A stretch of DNA of 63,471 bases, filler included, from Chiloscyllium plagiosum (taxonomy: Eukaryota): assembly GCF_004010195.1 (NCBI RefSeq). It is 3 parts of one record of this genome, joined end to end, with 100 filler letters (N's around TTAATTAATTAA, not from the genome) between each part and the next. Parts side by side here need not be neighbours in the genome. Positions count along the whole stretch, not along the records: positions 53,534 to 63,471 come from NC_057716.1; 2 more parts are not named here. One strand, given 5' to 3'. Both the position numbers and the translations under genes were made by a program. The notes under the pieces were generated by a model. The model was not told where the DNA came from. It saw nothing but the letters and a program-made list of their open reading frames with translations, and searched no databases. Of the stretch, positions 62,617-63,471 are shown piece by piece. The stretch's first letter is position 1; every line of letters begins with the position of its first letter.

Positions 62617-63471
62617 TATAGAACATAGAACAGTACAGCGCAGAACAGGCCTTTCAGCCCACGATGTTGTGCCGACCACTGATCCTCACGTATGCACCCT
62701 CAAATTTCTGTGACCATATGCATGTCCAGTAGTCTCTTAAATGTCCCCAATGACCTTGCTTCCACAACTGCTGCTGGCAATGCATTCCATGCTCTCTCCA
62801 CTCTCTGTGTAAAGAACCCGCCTCTGACATCCCCTCTATGCTTTCCTCCAACCAGCTTAAAACTATGACCTCTCGTGTTAGCTATTTCTGCCCTGGGAAA
62901 TAATCTCTGGCTATTGACTATGCCTCTCATTATCTTGTATACCTCAATTAGGTCCCCTCTCCTCCTTTTCTCCAATGAAAAAAGTCCGAGCTCAGTCAAC
63001 CTCTCTTCATAAGATAAGCCCTCCAGTCCAGGCAGCGTCCTGGTTAACCACCTCTGAACCCTCTCCAAAGCATCCACATCTTTCCTATAATAAGGCGACC
63101 AGAACTGGACGCAGTATTCCAAGTGTGGTCTAAACAAAGTTTTATAGAACTGCAACAAAATCTCACGGCTCTTAAACTCAATCCCCCTGTTAATGAAAGC
63201 CGAAGCACCATATGCTTTCTTAACAACCCTGTCCACTTGGGTGGCCATTTTAAGGGATCTATGTACCTGCACCCCAAGATCCCTCTGTTCCTCCACACTG
63301 CCAAGAATCCTATCCTTAATCCTGTACTCAGCTTTCAAATTTGACCTTCCAAAATGCATCACCTCGTATTTATCCAGGTTGAACTCCATCTGCCACCTCT
63401 CAGCCCATCTCTGCATCCTGTCAATGTCACGCTGCAGCCTACAACAGCCCTCTATACTGTCAACAACACCT
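62617..63471 (-). mobile_element. Relatively young CR1 LINE 3' end with open ORF2 C-terminus
   Basis: 238-aa ORF 62700-63416 (RWAERWQMEFNLDK..RPHLEYCVQFWSP..AWNALP..FKRLLD) and a (TTCTATG)n-type tail. It runs off the window end. Confidence 0.95.

Overview
This is vertebrate, repeat-rich genomic DNA. The repeat families (HE1/V-SINE-like SINEs, CR1 LINEs, Penelope termini) point to a cartilaginous fish, probably a shark; that assignment is an inference. The window has three segments joined by two artificial 100-nt linkers (44N-TTAATTAATTAA-44N) at 25351-25450 and 53434-53533. The middle segment holds the promoter and coding exons 1-4 of HACD2/PTPLB (3-hydroxyacyl-CoA dehydratase 2) on the + strand; exon 3 is a 19-nt micro-exon. 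The promoter is an 8-unit tandem array of CCAAT/GC-box modules followed by an NRF1-type palindrome. The rest is mostly decayed CR1, L2-like and RTE LINEs and SINEs, plus a full-length decayed Buster/Charlie-type hAT transposon with TIR-like ends and an 8-bp TSD, a Penelope-like element with a GIY-YIG domain, and a tRNA-Pro-derived pseudogene with an intron-like insert. The most striking signal is a dense set of 80-250 bp Penelope-derived mini-elements. They carry minimal hammerhead ribozyme cores (CTGA-N-GA-A-stem-GAAA), often fold back as hairpins, and are flanked by 12-17 bp target-site duplications. Several unassigned exon-like segments are also flagged.
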